NCBI GenBank assembly: GCA_965656495.1
Contig: CBFHKU010000005.1
Span: 118,348 to 182,347 of the forward strand
Direction of reading: 5' to 3'
Length of the DNA stretch: 64,000 nt
Source of the DNA: Coraliomargaritaceae bacterium
GTDB lineage: Bacteria; Verrucomicrobiota; Verrucomicrobiia; Opitutales; Coraliomargaritaceae
Shown here: positions 25,997 to 37,220 of the stretch, piece after piece
How positions within the stretch are numbered: the stretch's first letter is position 1
Layout: each line of letters begins with the position of its first letter
Notes under the pieces: model-generated
Databases searched by the model: none
What the model was told of the DNA's origin: nothing
The model's input: only the letters and a program-made list of their open reading frames with translations
Translations under genes and position numbers: made by a program

Positions 25997-27207
25997 GACA
26001 GTTCAAAGGCAAGACAGGTCATGTCATCCTGTTGATCGGGCATTTCCGTAAAGGTGCAAACCCGCTTGTGGATGGTTTCAAGGGTTTCCTTTAAAGGTTG
26101 CGTGGCGAGTTCTTCGAGATTTGCGATGAAAGTATCCAAGCCGTATTCCTCTCCATTTGGTTTCGAGGCTTCAATCAAACCATCAGTGAAGGCGTAGAAG
26201 CGGTCGCCGGGATACAGTGTGATGGAGGTGGGTTTAGAGGCTTTGCTGCCCTTGATGCCCATGACGACACCCGGCGGCATTTGCAGGCGTTCGATTTTTC
26301 CGGTGGCGGCGCGCCCGATTAAAACATAGGGATGACCCGCATGGGCAAGGATGAGTTGGCGGCTTCCGTCTTCTTTGCGCTCACCGAAATGTCCCGCGAG
26401 GCCGGTGACGAATCCATTCTCGATACGGCCCGATAATTCGTTATTAACGCCGCCTAGATAGTTTTGAGGGTTATTGCTGTAATGTTCGGCTTCGTGCGAA
26501 GAGAGATATTTCAGGAGCACCGTGTAGAAGGCTGCGGTGATGCCGTGCCCCGAAACATCGCCCAGAAAAAAGAGGAGTGCTTTGTCAGGATTGCGAGGAA
26601 AGCTGAGAATGTCGCCGCCAACCGAGGACATAGGTTTCCAAAGGTATGCGAGCTGAATGCCGGGGATTATCGGTACGCGACCGGGGATCATGACTTCCTG
26701 AACGTGGCGGGCGCTTTGCAAATCCTCACGGAGGATTTCATTTTGTTCGCGCAGGCGTTGCTCGTTCTTCATTAATTTTTCCCGAGCGATGAATTCAGCA
26801 GTCACGTCACGGGAGATTCCGATGATGCCGGCGCATTCTGAACCTTCCAGCCTGAGCGGTGCTTTGGAGGAGGAAACCCAGGTGCTGGAGCCGTCTGTCC
26901 AGGTTTCCTTTTCAATCTTATTGATAAAAGGAATCCCGGTCCGAATGATTTCCTGCTCGTCTTCATGGGCCTGTTGCGCGTGTTCATCCGTAAAAAGGTC
27001 AAAGTCAGTGAGGCCCTCGATTTCATGACGATCCTCGTAGCCGTGCATTTCTGCGAGGGCGCGGCTGGCGGCAATGAAGCGTCCCTTGTCGTCCTTGATA
27101 TAGATCCGATCTGCGCTTTGCTCCATGAGCGTTTCAAAAAGCTGTTGCGCCGAGGCCTTGAGTAAGCCGGGCGAGGCCTCATCCACAGAATCTTCGCGAG
27201 CTGTCAT
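25993..27207 (-). CDS. PAS-domain SpoIIE/PP2C-family phosphatase
   Basis: PAS domain plus [24 protein letters not shown]. Confidence 0.92.
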   Translation of the reverse strand: MTAREDSVDEASPGLLKASAQQLFETLMEQSADRIYIKDDKGRFIAASRALAEMHGYEDRHEIEGLTDFDLFTDEHAQQAHEDEQEIIRTGIPFINKIEKETWTDGSSTWVSSSKAPLRLEGSECAGIIGISRDVTAEFIAREKLMKNEQRLREQNEILREDLQSARHVQEVMIPGRVPIIPGIQLAYLWKPMSSVGGDILSFPRNPDKALLFFLGDVSGHGITAAFYTVLLKYLSSHEAEHYSNNPQNYLGGVNNELSGRIENGFVTGLAGHFGERKEDGSRQLILAHAGHPYVLIGRAATGKIERLQMPPGVVMGIKGSKASKPTSITLYPGDRFYAFTDGLIEASKPNGEEYGLDTFIANLEELATQPLKETLETIHKRVCTFTEMPDQQDDMTCLAFELS

Positions 27208-27311
27208 AGTTAGAGAATGGAATCATATTTGAGGTGCTTGGCAATCATTCCCGCAGGCAAATTTTTCACATTGCGCTGGCGTATTTGGAAGGGACGATTT
27301 TCGTAAAAGGG

Positions 27312-27767
27312 ATGCGGGCAGTAATACAACGCGTTAGCAAAGCACAGGTACGGGTCGATGGAACCACGGTGGGCGCCATCGAAGCGGGCATGGTGGTTTT
27401 TCTGGGGGTGGGTTCGCAGGATGATGCCGCCGCGATTGCATGGTTGGTGCCCCGGGTCGCAAAGTTGCGGATCTGGGAAGATGTGGAGGGGCGGATGGCG
27501 CTATCTGTTCAGGAGATCGGCGGCGAAGTCATGGTGATCAGTCAATTCACGCTCTACGGCAGTTTGAAAAAAGGAAATCGTCCATCCTTCAATCGCGCCG
27601 CGGAACCCGGCATGGCGCGCGCCCTGTATGAACAATTTGTCGCGGAGCTTGAGTCGGAACTGGGGCGTCCCGTTGCGACGGGTCGCTTTGGGGCGGACAT
27701 GGCGATCGAGGTCGAGAACAACGGGCCGGTCACGCTGGTGGTGGATACTGCTCAGAGAGACTTCTAA
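27312..27767 (+). CDS. dtd: D-aminoacyl-tRNA deacylase
   Basis: [25 protein letters not shown]. Confidence 0.96.
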   Translation: MRAVIQRVSKAQVRVDGTTVGAIEAGMVVFLGVGSQDDAAAIAWLVPRVAKLRIWEDVEGRMALSVQEIGGEVMVISQFTLYGSLKKGNRPSFNRAAEPGMARALYEQFVAELESELGRPVATGRFGADMAIEVENNGPVTLVVDTAQRDF

Positions 27768-28297
27768 TGGCACGTGTCTTGAAACAGGGATTTTATGGGC
27801 GTGACACTCAGGTTGTTGCGCAGGAATTGCTGGGTAAGCAGCTTTGCCGGCGTCTGCCTTCGGGGCGCATCATTCGCGGGCGGATCTGCGAGACAGAAGC
27901 CTACGATGGTTTTGAGGATCGCGCTTCGCACGCTCACAAGGGACCGACCCCCCGCAATGTTGTGATGTTCGGGTCGCCGGGCCGCGCCTATATGTATCTT
28001 TGTTATGGAGTGCATTGGATGTTGAATTTCACGACCCGGGAAAAGGGTTATCCCGCGGCGGTGCTGCTGCGCGGGGTCGAGGGAGTCGAGGGCCCCGGCC
28101 GCACAACCCGACATTTTCAAATCAATAGCCGCCACAACGAACAGGTCCTAAGCCGGGTCAATGGGCTATGGGTCGAGGATGACGGCTATGAAATTTGCGC
28201 GGATTCGATACAACGCGCCCCGCGGGTCGGGATCGACTATGCCGGACCTGAGTGGGCCGCCAAGCCTTGGCGATTTATTTGGCAGTCAAGTCGTTGA
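27767..28297 (+). CDS. mpg: DNA-3-methyladenine glycosylase (MPG/AAG family)
   Basis: [33 protein letters not shown]. Confidence 0.93.
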   Translation: MARVLKQGFYGRDTQVVAQELLGKQLCRRLPSGRIIRGRICETEAYDGFEDRASHAHKGPTPRNVVMFGSPGRAYMYLCYGVHWMLNFTTREKGYPAAVLLRGVEGVEGPGRTTRHFQINSRHNEQVLSRVNGLWVEDDGYEICADSIQRAPRVGIDYAGPEWAAKPWRFIWQSSR

Positions 28298-29663
28298 GTT
28301 TTTGGCGGAGGAATTCCAGACCGCCATCCACATCGGTGAAGGTGCCGTCCAATTGAGCTTCGTAGGCTTCGTCCAAAATCTCCCCGAATTGCCGTCCCGG
28401 TTTGGCACCGAGTTCCATGAGGTGGCGGCCCAGCATGAGGGGTCGCGGCGCCTTTGCCTCAATGTCAAGTTTGCGGGTCGACTCAAGAAGCCATTTGCCC
28501 TCGGGGAAATCATCGGGCGGAATAGGGGGACGTCCGCATTTGTCGGCATAGGCGACCCGCACCAGGCGGTCGACCCGTTGCACCCGCGCTGCGAGGCGTC
28601 GGATCGCGGAAGGCCCGGCGCCGTCGCGGTAGAGCGCGAGGGGCCGCATATGGTGTTCAACCAAGGGCAGGACTTCCTCAAAGATTTTCTTTTGGCGGGT
28701 GAGGCGCTGCAGGAAACGTTCAGTGGGTGGCAGTCCCAGGATGTCGTGGCGGGGGCTGCGGATGCGCCCGTCAGTATCGACAAAGGTGGTTTCGGGTTTG
28801 CCGAAGTCGTGACACAAGACCGCGAGGCCAACGATGAGGTCTTCCCATTCATCGCCGGTGCGTTGCCCGGCATAGGCGTCGAGGCAATGCCCGGTATGGG
28901 TCCAGACGTCGCCCTCGGGGTGCCATTCCGGATCCTGCGGGCAGTCGACGAGCGCCGCCAATTCCGGGAAATACTGTAACCACTCGCAGGCTTTGAGAAA
29001 TTCAAGCCCCGCGCTGATGCGTTGGCCCTTCAAAAGCAGTTTTTTCCATTCTTCCCATAGCCGTTCTGTGGGCAGATGCTTCGGGTTTAAGCGGGTGCAC
29101 AGTGCGATGGTTGTTGGGTCGGCGACCCAATCAAAGCGGGCGATGAATTGCATGCCGCGCAGGACTCGCAAGGGATCTTCGATAAAAGCGGCAGAGACGT
29201 GACGCAGGCGTCGCGCGCGCAGATCGGCGCGGCCTTCGTAGGGGTCTATCCATTCACCGGTCAGGGGATCGCAACTGATGGCATTGACGGTGAAGTCCCG
29301 GCGGCTCGCAGCTTCTTCGGGGCTCATCGCGGGGTCACCCTCGACCTTGAAGTCGGTGTGCCTGGGGCCGGTTTTTGACTCGCGGCGCGGCAGCGCCAAA
29401 TCGATATTCAAACCCTTTAGGATAAAAACTCCGAAGGCGCGACCCACCGTATCGAGGGCGAATGAGGGGCGCAGGCACGCCTCCACTGCCCTGGCATCCA
29501 GTCCGTAGACCTCCATGTCGACGTCCTTGCTTTCAATCTCCAGCAGACCGTCGCGGACACAACCGCCGACCAATAGCGCGCGACCACCGGCGGCGCGGAT
29601 GAGTTGGGCGACTTTGAGTACCGCTTCTCTTTGAGTCGCTGGAATGTGCTCGGCGCTGTCCAC
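28275..29663 (-). CDS. cca: CCA tRNA nucleotidyltransferase with HD domain
   Basis: [42 protein letters not shown]. Confidence 0.9.
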   Translation of the reverse strand: MDSAEHIPATQREAVLKVAQLIRAAGGRALLVGGCVRDGLLEIESKDVDMEVYGLDARAVEACLRPSFALDTVGRAFGVFILKGLNIDLALPRRESKTGPRHTDFKVEGDPAMSPEEAASRRDFTVNAISCDPLTGEWIDPYEGRADLRARRLRHVSAAFIEDPLRVLRGMQFIARFDWVADPTTIALCTRLNPKHLPTERLWEEWKKLLLKGQRISAGLEFLKACEWLQYFPELAALVDCPQDPEWHPEGDVWTHTGHCLDAYAGQRTGDEWEDLIVGLAVLCHDFGKPETTFVDTDGRIRSPRHDILGLPPTERFLQRLTRQKKIFEEVLPLVEHHMRPLALYRDGAGPSAIRRLAARVQRVDRLVRVAYADKCGRPPIPPDDFPEGKWLLESTRKLDIEAKAPRPLMLGRHLMELGAKPGRQFGEILDEAYEAQLDGTFTDVDGGLEFLRQKLNDLTAK

Positions 29664-29675
29664 CTTTTGAAAAGT

Positions 29676-30524
29676 TTAGCTGAGGGAATCGCGAATGGCG
29701 GGTGCGCCCCAGTTCAGTTTATCGCGCACAATCGCGAAATGTGAATGGTCGGGGTTTTGCATGAGCCGCAGTCGCGCCGCTGCCAGGTGGATTTCAAGCG
29801 GCAGGCTCTCCGAGGCTTCATCAAAGTGATTGCGCCCGTCGATCGTGACCCGCGGGCTGGGGCCGCTTTGTCCGCGCTCCACGAGGATGCGGGTATCATC
29901 TGAGAAAATAACAGAACGATTACCAAAGGTGTGCGGACAGATGGGGCTCATTGCAATAGCGCTGACTTTGGGGTCAACAATCGGGCCACCCGCAGAGAGA
30001 TTATAAGCGGTCGATCCGGTGGGGGTCGAAAAGATGAGGCCATCACAATGATACTCCGAGACGTAATTATCGTCAGCGCTCACTCGCAGGCGCACGAGCC
30101 CGCTGCCTTGGGTTTCCTTAAAGACGATATCATTGAGGGCATGGATGCGCTTGCCCTGCGCATTCGTCCCGCACAAGACGCTGCGTTCGGCGATGTGGTA
30201 ATCGCCTTTGATAAAATTAGGCAACTCGTGGGCGGCCTCTTCTTGTGAAAAGGTTGCGAGAAAACCGAGCTTTCCGAGGTTGACTCCCAGCAGCGCGCAC
30301 CCGCTTTGAAGGGCGGCGTCGAGTACCCCGAGCAGGGTGCCGTCTCCGCCGATTGTGATGCAAAGATCAAATCCTTCCAAAGCATCAGGGGGGAGGGGAT
30401 AGCTATCGAAGGATTTCGTGCGCACCCCTTCACAATCTGCAATCCCGCCGAGGTAGCGCGCCACATCTCCCGCGCCGGGCTTGGAGCGGTTGATCGCAAA
30501 GGCTATCGATTCAATGGGATTCAT
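29676..30524 (-). CDS. nadK: NAD kinase
   Basis: [34 protein letters not shown]. Confidence 0.96.
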   Translation of the reverse strand: MNPIESIAFAINRSKPGAGDVARYLGGIADCEGVRTKSFDSYPLPPDALEGFDLCITIGGDGTLLGVLDAALQSGCALLGVNLGKLGFLATFSQEEAAHELPNFIKGDYHIAERSVLCGTNAQGKRIHALNDIVFKETQGSGLVRLRVSADDNYVSEYHCDGLIFSTPTGSTAYNLSAGGPIVDPKVSAIAMSPICPHTFGNRSVIFSDDTRILVERGQSGPSPRVTIDGRNHFDEASESLPLEIHLAAARLRLMQNPDHSHFAIVRDKLNWGAPAIRDSLS

Positions 30525-30586
30525 TGTGAATTAAGTAAGCGCAAAGCCCCGCAAAGCGCAAACCGATTCAACAACCGCAGGCGCGC

Positions 30587-31339
30587 TCAGCTTTTGCGCA
30601 GGCCGATCAGGTATTCCAAATTGCCGTCCGTTCCTTTGATGGGTGATTCCATTGAGCCGATCAGTTCCGCTCCTTTGAGTTCGCGCAGGGCGAAGGCGGT
30701 GATACCTTCGAGGATGCGGGTTTGAATGGCGGGGTCCCGAATAATGCCACGTCCCGCATCGACCTCGGATTTCTCGGCTTCAAACTGCGGCTTCACGAGG
30801 GCGATGAGACAACCGCCGGATTCGCAAAAGGGCCAAACTGCCGGAAGCACCTTGGTGAGGGAAATAAAGGAGAGATCCATCACGATACGGGGGTAGTGCT
30901 CGCGGGGGAGATCGCCGGGTTTGAGATGGCGGGCATTGGTCTTTTCAAGGTTCGTAACCCGGGGGTCCTGCAGAAGTTTATTGTGTAATTGCGCCCGCCC
31001 CACGTCCACGCAGGTGGCGCTCACCGCCCCGCGCTGCAAACTGCAATCCGTGAAGCCGCCGGTCGAGGCGCCCACATCCAACAACTCGCAAGCCTGCATC
31101 GATATATTGAAACGATCCAAAAAGCCCTCCAGTTTGTCGCCGCCCCGGCTAACAAAGCGCGGCGCTTGCTCCACCTCCAGCGGCAGGTCAGCAGGCACCG
31201 TACGCCCGGGCTTATCGAGCCGTTCGCTGCTGCTGTGGACCTTGCCCGCGAGGATCAATGCTTTGGCTTGCGAGCGGGAGACCGCCAGGCCGCGCGCCAA
31301 AAGCAATTCATCGAGCCGAATCTTTTCAGGTGATGCCAT
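30587..31339 (-). CDS. tlyA: TlyA family rRNA methyltransferase
   Basis: S4 domain [35 protein letters not shown]. Confidence 0.95.
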   Translation of the reverse strand: MASPEKIRLDELLLARGLAVSRSQAKALILAGKVHSSSERLDKPGRTVPADLPLEVEQAPRFVSRGGDKLEGFLDRFNISMQACELLDVGASTGGFTDCSLQRGAVSATCVDVGRAQLHNKLLQDPRVTNLEKTNARHLKPGDLPREHYPRIVMDLSFISLTKVLPAVWPFCESGGCLIALVKPQFEAEKSEVDAGRGIIRDPAIQTRILEGITAFALRELKGAELIGSMESPIKGTDGNLEYLIGLRKS

Positions 31340-31419
31340 GAGAATTTCACCCAAAGCCTTGGGTATGGAATGCCCAGCTTGCAAGGTAAAGCGGCTCGCT
31401 TTTCATCCTTCCCACCGTC

Positions 31420-31749
31420 TTAGCGGTATTCAATTGCTTCCAGCAGCTTATAAATCACCGGTTCATCCCGCATGTAGCGCAAGCGAATCACTTGCCCATG
31501 CACTGCCGCTTTTTCCTGATCCACATAGATCTGCCGGATCGGGCCTTCGGCAAGCGCTCCCTCGCTATTGGTAAACGGCTCAATCCCATAAACCAGCTCA
31601 AAGCCATAGCGACCGCCTTCCATGAGCTTGACCCCTTCAATCCTTCCATTTGTCGTAATCCAGTCCGAATCCGCGCCATGTTCTACACAGGCAGTGAGCG
31701 CCAGTAATAGTGCCAGGAGGCAGGCGCGCAGACCTTTTTTTGTTTTCAT
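31420..31749 (-). CDS. hypothetical lipoprotein
   Basis: Basic N-terminus, hydrophobic stretch, lipobox LTAC. Confidence 0.7.
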   Translation of the reverse strand: MKTKKGLRACLLALLLALTACVEHGADSDWITTNGRIEGVKLMEGGRYGFELVYGIEPFTNSEGALAEGPIRQIYVDQEKAAVHGQVIRLRYMRDEPVIYKLLEAIEYR

Positions 31750-31753
31750 GGTA

Positions 31754-31975
31754 TTATTTCATAGATTGAAGGTCCTTTTTTTGAGCGGTCGCCAAGACCT
31801 GTTTATCCACTTGAACCGAATCTTGCTCCAAATTGATTTGCGACCGAACCAGGTGCTCAATGATGTAGGTGCGTGAGCGATTCGTGAGCTTCGCGATGAG
31901 GTCAATTCGCGTAACCAAATCCCGTGGGATAGATATTGTAACCGATTGTTTATGCGCTGCTCTTCTATTGGGCAT
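31754..31975 (-). CDS. ribbon-helix-helix (CopG-like) DNA-binding protein
   Basis: VTISIPRDLVTRIDLIAKLTNRSRTYIIE fits the RHH pattern. Confidence 0.75.
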   Translation of the reverse strand: MPNRRAAHKQSVTISIPRDLVTRIDLIAKLTNRSRTYIIEHLVRSQINLEQDSVQVDKQVLATAQKKDLQSMK

Positions 31976-31989
31976 AAGTGTTTATAACT

Positions 31990-32056
31990 AAAAAATATAA
32001 AAAAATAAGCAAAAAAACTTGACGGTTAGGTTATGTTACTTATACCTAATAGGTAT
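31990..32056 (+). promoter_or_regulatory. divergent promoter region with phased A-tracts, TTGACG -35 and operator-like palindrome
   Basis: A-tracts ~10-11 bp apart, TTGACG at 32019, ATACCT-AAT-AGGTAT at 32042-32056 overlapping the ATG. Confidence 0.55.
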
Positions 32057-32273
32057 GACAATCTCAGTCTCACTTCCAGAAGAACTAGTTTGTAAAATAA
32101 AAGAAGCGGCTCAGCGCGATCATCGTTCTATATCCGGGCAGATCGCTTTTTTTTGCGACCGGGGTATGAGTAACATGCTTGAATCTAGGGTGGAAGATCC
32201 AAAAGGCTCGGTTGCTTACGGTAGCAAAAGCAGGAAAGCGGTAAGAGCTAGCAAAGCCAGTTCGAAGAGCTAA
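32055..32273 (+). CDS. ribbon-helix-helix (Arc-like) DNA-binding protein
   Basis: ISVSLPEELVCKIKEAAQRDHRSISGQI fits the Arc/RHH pattern; ATG at 32055. Confidence 0.75.
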   Translation: MTISVSLPEELVCKIKEAAQRDHRSISGQIAFFCDRGMSNMLESRVEDPKGSVAYGSKSRKAVRASKASSKS

Positions 32274-32274
32274 G

Positions 32275-33655
32275 CTCTGTGCCTTGTAGTGCAAAAGGAA
32301 CCACGAATGCCGAGGGTGTTGTTCGTTGAAGGTTGTTCGTTGGGATTACTCTTAATCCTACTCTTATTCTTAATCTTAGGAATATCGATAGGGATGTATC
32401 ACGTGAAAGCGGCAATCCTGTCGCTTTGCTTGTATGGCTTGGGTTGAAAAGCGACAGGAGTGTCGCTTCTACGCTTCCAACGTTCAACTAACAACTTCCA
32501 ACCCCATAACCACTCTGTGGCCTTGGTGCCTCGGCGGTGAATCAGTTGTTTGGAACCACGAATGGACACGAATCGACACGAATGGGCAGGGGCGGGATTA
32601 TCCAAAGTCTTAATCTTAATCATACTCTTATTCTTAATCTTACTCTGAAGAGCATCGAACATCGAACATTGAAACGGGGAGATCGGATTGAATTAAACCA
32701 CAGATTGCGCAGATGGGCGCAGATCAAGGTACCGTTAAAAATCATCTGCGAAAATCTGCGTCATCTGCGGTTCAGAATACTCTTCATCAGGGAAGTTGTT
32801 CACCACGAAGGCGCGGAGCGCACGGAGTGAAGCTTGGACATTGAAGGGCTTGTATCACGTGGAAGCGGCAATCCTGCCGCTTTGCTTGTACGGCTTGTGC
32901 TAGGAAAGCGACAGGAGTGTCGCTTCCACGTCGGGTTACTGAAAAGCGAAGGAACCACGAAAAACATCGAACATCGAAGGTCCAACATCGAACGTTGAAC
33001 GCCGCAGCTCCGTGTCCTCCGCGCCTCTGTAGTGAAAAAGAACCACGAATGGGGAGGGAGTTGTACGTTGTTGGTTGTTAGTTGGGATTACCCTTAATCT
33101 TACTCTCAACAAGAAGGTGGGTTAGGAAATTCGAGAGAGTTGGATATCGTGGAAGCGGCAATCCTGCCGCTTTGCTTGTACGGCTTGGGTTCTAAAGCGA
33201 CAGGAGTGTCGCTTCCACGTCGGGTTACTGAAAAGCGAAGGAACCACGAAAAACATCGAACATCGAACTTCCAACATCGAACGTTGAACATCGAACGCCG
33301 CAGCTCCGTGTCCTCCGCGCCCCGTGGTGAAAAAGAACCACGAATGGGGAGGGAGTTGTACGTTGCTGGTTGTTAGTTGGGAATACCCTTACTCTTACTC
33401 ATAAACTTAATCTTACTCTCAACAAGAAGATGGGTTAGGAACTGCGACAGAGTTGGATATCGTGGAAGCGGCAATCCTGCCGCTTTGCCGGTGCTCGGAA
33501 AGCGACAAGAGTGTCGCTTCCACGTCGGGTGCTTGTAAAGCGACAAGAGTGTCGCTTCTACGTCCGGTTGCTGAAAAGCGACAGGTATGAAAGTGGGAAG
33601 GTTGTGATTACCCTGAGTCTTAATCTTACTCCTACTCTTAATCTTACTCTTAGGA
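32275..33655. repeat. modular repeat island A (4 REP pairs plus microrepeat modules; ~290-313 bp higher-order unit)
   Basis: REP pairs at 32403-32472, 32859-32929, 33149-33218 and 33462-33523, plus an extra hairpin at 33538-33561; CACGAAT, CTTAAT/CTTACT, AACATCG and GCAGAT modules. Confidence 0.95.
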
Positions 33656-33701
33656 ATATCTAAGGTCCGAAGTCCAACGAACAAGCAACAACCCCCAAGA
33701 A

Positions 33702-35531
33702 CTACTTCCCGGTTTTGGCGAGTTTACGGCGTTTGTTGGCGTCGAGTTCGCGCTTGCGCATTCGCAGGAAATTCGGGGTCGCTTCCACCAGTTCATCCGG
33801 CGCGATGTATTCAATGGCGCGTTCAAGGGAAAATTTGATGGGTGGGGCGAGTTGAATGCCCTTGTCGGAACCGGAGGCGCGCATGTTGTCGAGTTGCTTG
33901 GCTTTGGCGGGGTTGACCGGCATATCCTCGCGGCGCGGGTTCTCCCCCACGATCATTCCGTTATAAACTTCCTCGCCGGGGCCGATGAAGAGCTTGCCAC
34001 GGTTCTGGATCGCATCGAGGGCGTAGGGCATCGCCTTGCCGAGCTCCATGCTCACGAGCGTTCCCGTCAGGCGCGTTGAAATCTCGCCGCAATAAGGGCG
34101 GTATTCTAAAAAGGAATGGCTCATGACCCCGTGGCCGGAAGTCATGGTGACGAGGTCGCTTTCAAATCCAATCAATCCCCGGGTCGAAACTTCCGCTTCG
34201 ACCGTGACGCCGGCATTGTGGTGTTCCATGTGGGTGACCTTGCCCTTGCGCTTGGCAAGATTCTCCATAATTCCGCCGAGGTGCTCCTCCGGTGTTTCCA
34301 CCCAGACCTGTTCAAAGGGTTCACAGCGTTTACCGTCGATTTCTTTGTATAAAACTGTCGGGCGCGAGACCAGCACTTCAAAGCCCTCCCGCCGCATCGT
34401 TTCCACCAATACCGCAATCTGCATCGCACCCCGGGCGTTCACCCGGAATTTCGTCCCCTCGTCGGTATCTTCCACTGAAATCGAAATATTGGACTGCGTT
34501 TCGCGAATCAGGCGTTCCCGAATCTGGCGCGAGGTCACCTTTTTCCCATCCTGACCTGCCAGCGGACCGTTGTTGACCGAAAATTCCATCTGCACCGTTG
34601 CAGGGTCGAGTTCCACAAAGGGCAGCGCTTCTGCGTCTTCATTCAAGGCAAGGGTGTCGCCGATATCGACATCCTCAAATCCCGCCAGGCCTACGATATC
34701 ACCGGCCACCGCCTCCGTGACTTCGTCCGTCGCCAGACCGGAGAAGGTTTTCATCTTGGTGATCTTGACGCGTTGACGGCGCCCGTCCTTACGGAGTGCA
34801 AAGATGCCCTGACCTTGCTTTACCTCGCCGGAGAGCACGCGCCCAATCGCCATGCGGCCCACGTAATCATCCCAATCGATATTGGACACCAGCATACGGA
34901 AATCACCCGCCTCGATGGTAGGAGGGGGGATGCGCTCCACAATCGTTTCAAAAAGATCCGTCATGTTTTCGCGCGGGCCCTCGGGGCTGCGATCCGCAAA
35001 GCCCATCTTGGCGGAGGCGTAGAGAAAAGGCGCGTTGAATTGATCATCGTCCGCTTCGAGATCAAGGAACAATTCCAGTACCTTGTCGTGCACCCAATCC
35101 GGGCGTGAAGTGTCGCGGTCGACCTTGTTGATAACGCAAATCGTCTTGAGTCCCGCATCGAGCGCCTTGCGAAGGACCCAGCGCGTCTGCGCCTGTGGTC
35201 CGCCCACTGCATCGGTCAGAAGTAAAACGCCATCCACCATCTTCATGACACGTTCCACTTCTGCCCCGAAATCCGCGTGCCCAGGAGTATCGACAATATT
35301 GATGGTATAGGTGATCCCGTCCTGCGGGTTTTCCCAGCGCACCGCGGTATTCTTCGCCTTGATTGTGATGCCCTTCTCGCGCTCGAGATCCATGGAGTCC
35401 ATGGCACGTTCCTCGACCTGTTGATTCTCACGAAAGGTGCCGCTCTGTTGCAGGAGGCAATCCACCAAAGTGGTCTTCCCGTGGTCAACGTGAGCAATGA
35501 TGGCGATATTGCGGATGTGTTCAGCGTTCAT
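33702..35531 (-). CDS. typA: translational GTPase TypA/BipA
   Basis: AHVDHGKTT, EREKGITIKAK, DTPGHADFG, NKVD. Confidence 0.98.
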   Translation of the reverse strand: MNAEHIRNIAIIAHVDHGKTTLVDCLLQQSGTFRENQQVEERAMDSMDLEREKGITIKAKNTAVRWENPQDGITYTINIVDTPGHADFGAEVERVMKMVDGVLLLTDAVGGPQAQTRWVLRKALDAGLKTICVINKVDRDTSRPDWVHDKVLELFLDLEADDDQFNAPFLYASAKMGFADRSPEGPRENMTDLFETIVERIPPPTIEAGDFRMLVSNIDWDDYVGRMAIGRVLSGEVKQGQGIFALRKDGRRQRVKITKMKTFSGLATDEVTEAVAGDIVGLAGFEDVDIGDTLALNEDAEALPFVELDPATVQMEFSVNNGPLAGQDGKKVTSRQIRERLIRETQSNISISVEDTDEGTKFRVNARGAMQIAVLVETMRREGFEVLVSRPTVLYKEIDGKRCEPFEQVWVETPEEHLGGIMENLAKRKGKVTHMEHHNAGVTVEAEVSTRGLIGFESDLVTMTSGHGVMSHSFLEYRPYCGEISTRLTGTLVSMELGKAMPYALDAIQNRGKLFIGPGEEVYNGMIVGENPRREDMPVNPAKAKQLDNMRASGSDKGIQLAPPIKFSLERAIEYIAPDELVEATPNFLRMRKRELDANKRRKLAKTGK

Positions 35532-35641
35532 GGTCGCGGCGTAAAAATAAAAATCGCCCCGGCGGCAGTGTGCGGCGGGGCGGTCAATTGCACGCCGCGA
35601 TAAGGGCGGCGCACGCGCGGGAAGTCAATGCGAAAGGGTTC

Positions 35642-35859
35642 TTTAACGCTGAGCTTGCTTTTATTTTAAACACAGAGGATCGGAGGGGTATTCTTAAACA
35701 CAGGGGATTGGAGGGCTTATATTTAAACACGGTGAATAGGCGGGGCCGTGTTCAAGGATGTGGGCTAGGAATCATTGATACTCTGTGTTTATGATTCTGC
35801 GCAGGCTTGGTGTCTTTGATGCTCGGTGTTTGATGTTTGCTCTGCAGCATGGCGTTAAA
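35642..35859. repeat. small nested palindromic repeat island
   Basis: TTAAACAC units at 35666, 35694 and 35723, mirrored by GTGTTYA/GTGTTTG units at ~35746, 35781 and 35822; outer TTTAACGC...GCGTTAAA. Confidence 0.7.
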
Positions 35860-35861
35860 TA

Positions 35862-37220
35862 CTACACCGTGTACTGCTCCCCCGGGGTGGGGTCGAGGAT
35901 CTCGCTCTCGGGCATGCGCTTGCGGAGTTCTTTACTGAACCATTGGCGAGCCTCGGTATCGCCGTGGGTCAGAACCACCGCCCGCGCTTCGGATTGGACG
36001 GCGTAGTCGGCGAGTTCTTCGCGGTTGGCGTGTCCACTGAGGTCGAATTGCTCGACTGAGGCGCGGATCGGGGCGCGGTATTCGAGGGTGTCGAAATAAA
36101 AATGAGACGCTTCGGGGTCGGCGAGTAGTTTCCCGCCGGGGGTGTCGGGATCATTATAGCCGACGAAGCAGACTCCGTTTTTGGGGTGGGGCAGGAGCGC
36201 GGCGGCGGTTTTATAAGAGGGTGTGTGTTCGACCATCATGCCGCTGCTTAGGAGGTAGATCCCTTTTTTGGGGAGGTCGCGACCGGGACGGAGGTTGAAT
36301 TCGAGGGCTTTAACGCGCATGCGTTCGAGCATTTGCAGGTCGAAGTCAATGAGGCGGGTCTTTTTGCGGATTTTATCGAAGTAATTGCAGAGGTCCATGC
36401 CGAGACCCGCCGCAAAAATAGGGCAACGCGGAAGGCGCCCAAAGTTTCGAGCCTCGTAGATGATCTTGAAGAGTTCCTGCATACGGCCGAGGGCGAAAGT
36501 GGGGATGAGGCAACTGCCTCCGCGTTCGAGGATCGCGCTGATGGAATCGATGAGGCGGTCGACTTCAGTGGCGCGGGTGGTTTCGGGGCAACGGGCTTTG
36601 GCGCCCCGGGTGGTCTCGAGCACTAGGGTGTCGATTTTTCCGGTGGGGAGGTGGGCGCCGGGGAGGGTGCGTTGCGCTTCGAAGAGGATATCGCCGCTGA
36701 AGACGATGCGGCGGTGCTTGTAGATAAATTCCACCGCGGCGGCCCCGATGACGTGCCCGGCGGGATGGAGGATGACTTCGATCTGATCCTTGCCCTTGGT
36801 GTGGATTTCGCTGCGCTCAAAGCGTTGCCCGTAGAGTTGGCGGGAAAAGATGGCGATCTCGCGATGGTGGAAGAGGGGGAGTTCCGGGATGCCGTGTTCC
36901 TCGCGCTGGCGTTTCATGACGTTGACGGAATTGCGCAGCATCCGGGGGGCGAGGAAGGTATTGGGAAGGCTCGTAATGATCGGGGCGTGGGGATTGCGGG
37001 CCGCAATGAGCGGCATCGAGCCGAGGTGATCGAGGTGGCAATGGGTCAGCACAATGAGATCGATGCTCCGGTCGGCGATGGCGGCGTGGTCGGGGAGGGC
37101 GTCTTTGCCCATCATTTTGGGGTGGAGTCCGGAATCGACTAGAATGTTGAAATCACCGAGGCGGATGAAATGGGAATTGGCTCCGATGCCGCCGTGGCGG
37201 TTGAGGTCGATGAGTTCCAT
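35862..37220 (-). CDS. MBL-fold beta-CASP ribonuclease
   Basis: THCHLDHLG, AGHVIG, FSGD, FALGRMQEL, SGHA. Confidence 0.9.
   Translation of the reverse strand: MELIDLNRHGGIGANSHFIRLGDFNILVDSGLHPKMMGKDALPDHAAIADRSIDLIVLTHCHLDHLGSMPLIAARNPHAPIITSLPNTFLAPRMLRNSVNVMKRQREEHGIPELPLFHHREIAIFSRQLYGQRFERSEIHTKGKDQIEVILHPAGHVIGAAAVEFIYKHRRIVFSGDILFEAQRTLPGAHLPTGKIDTLVLETTRGAKARCPETTRATEVDRLIDSISAILERGGSCLIPTFALGRMQELFKIIYEARNFGRLPRCPIFAAGLGMDLCNYFDKIRKKTRLIDFDLQMLERMRVKALEFNLRPGRDLPKKGIYLLSSGMMVEHTPSYKTAAALLPHPKNGVCFVGYNDPDTPGGKLLADPEASHFYFDTLEYRAPIRASVEQFDLSGHANREELADYAVQSEARAVVLTHGDTEARQWFSKELRKRMPESEILDPTPGEQYTV

Noticed and set aside
32403..33561. CRISPR array suggested by regularly recurring 24-bp palindromes
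   Set aside because: The intervening sequences are themselves repeats, spacing is 157-450 bp, and no cas genes are present.
32248..33684. Short ORFs in repeat islands (VEAAILPL.., KAAGLPLPR.., FVSIRG..), also at 47.2-48.4, 49.3-49.9, 52.1-53.0 and 61.2-61.5 kb
   Set aside because: They are translations of the repeat modules in several frames and strands, with no consistent start or RBS.
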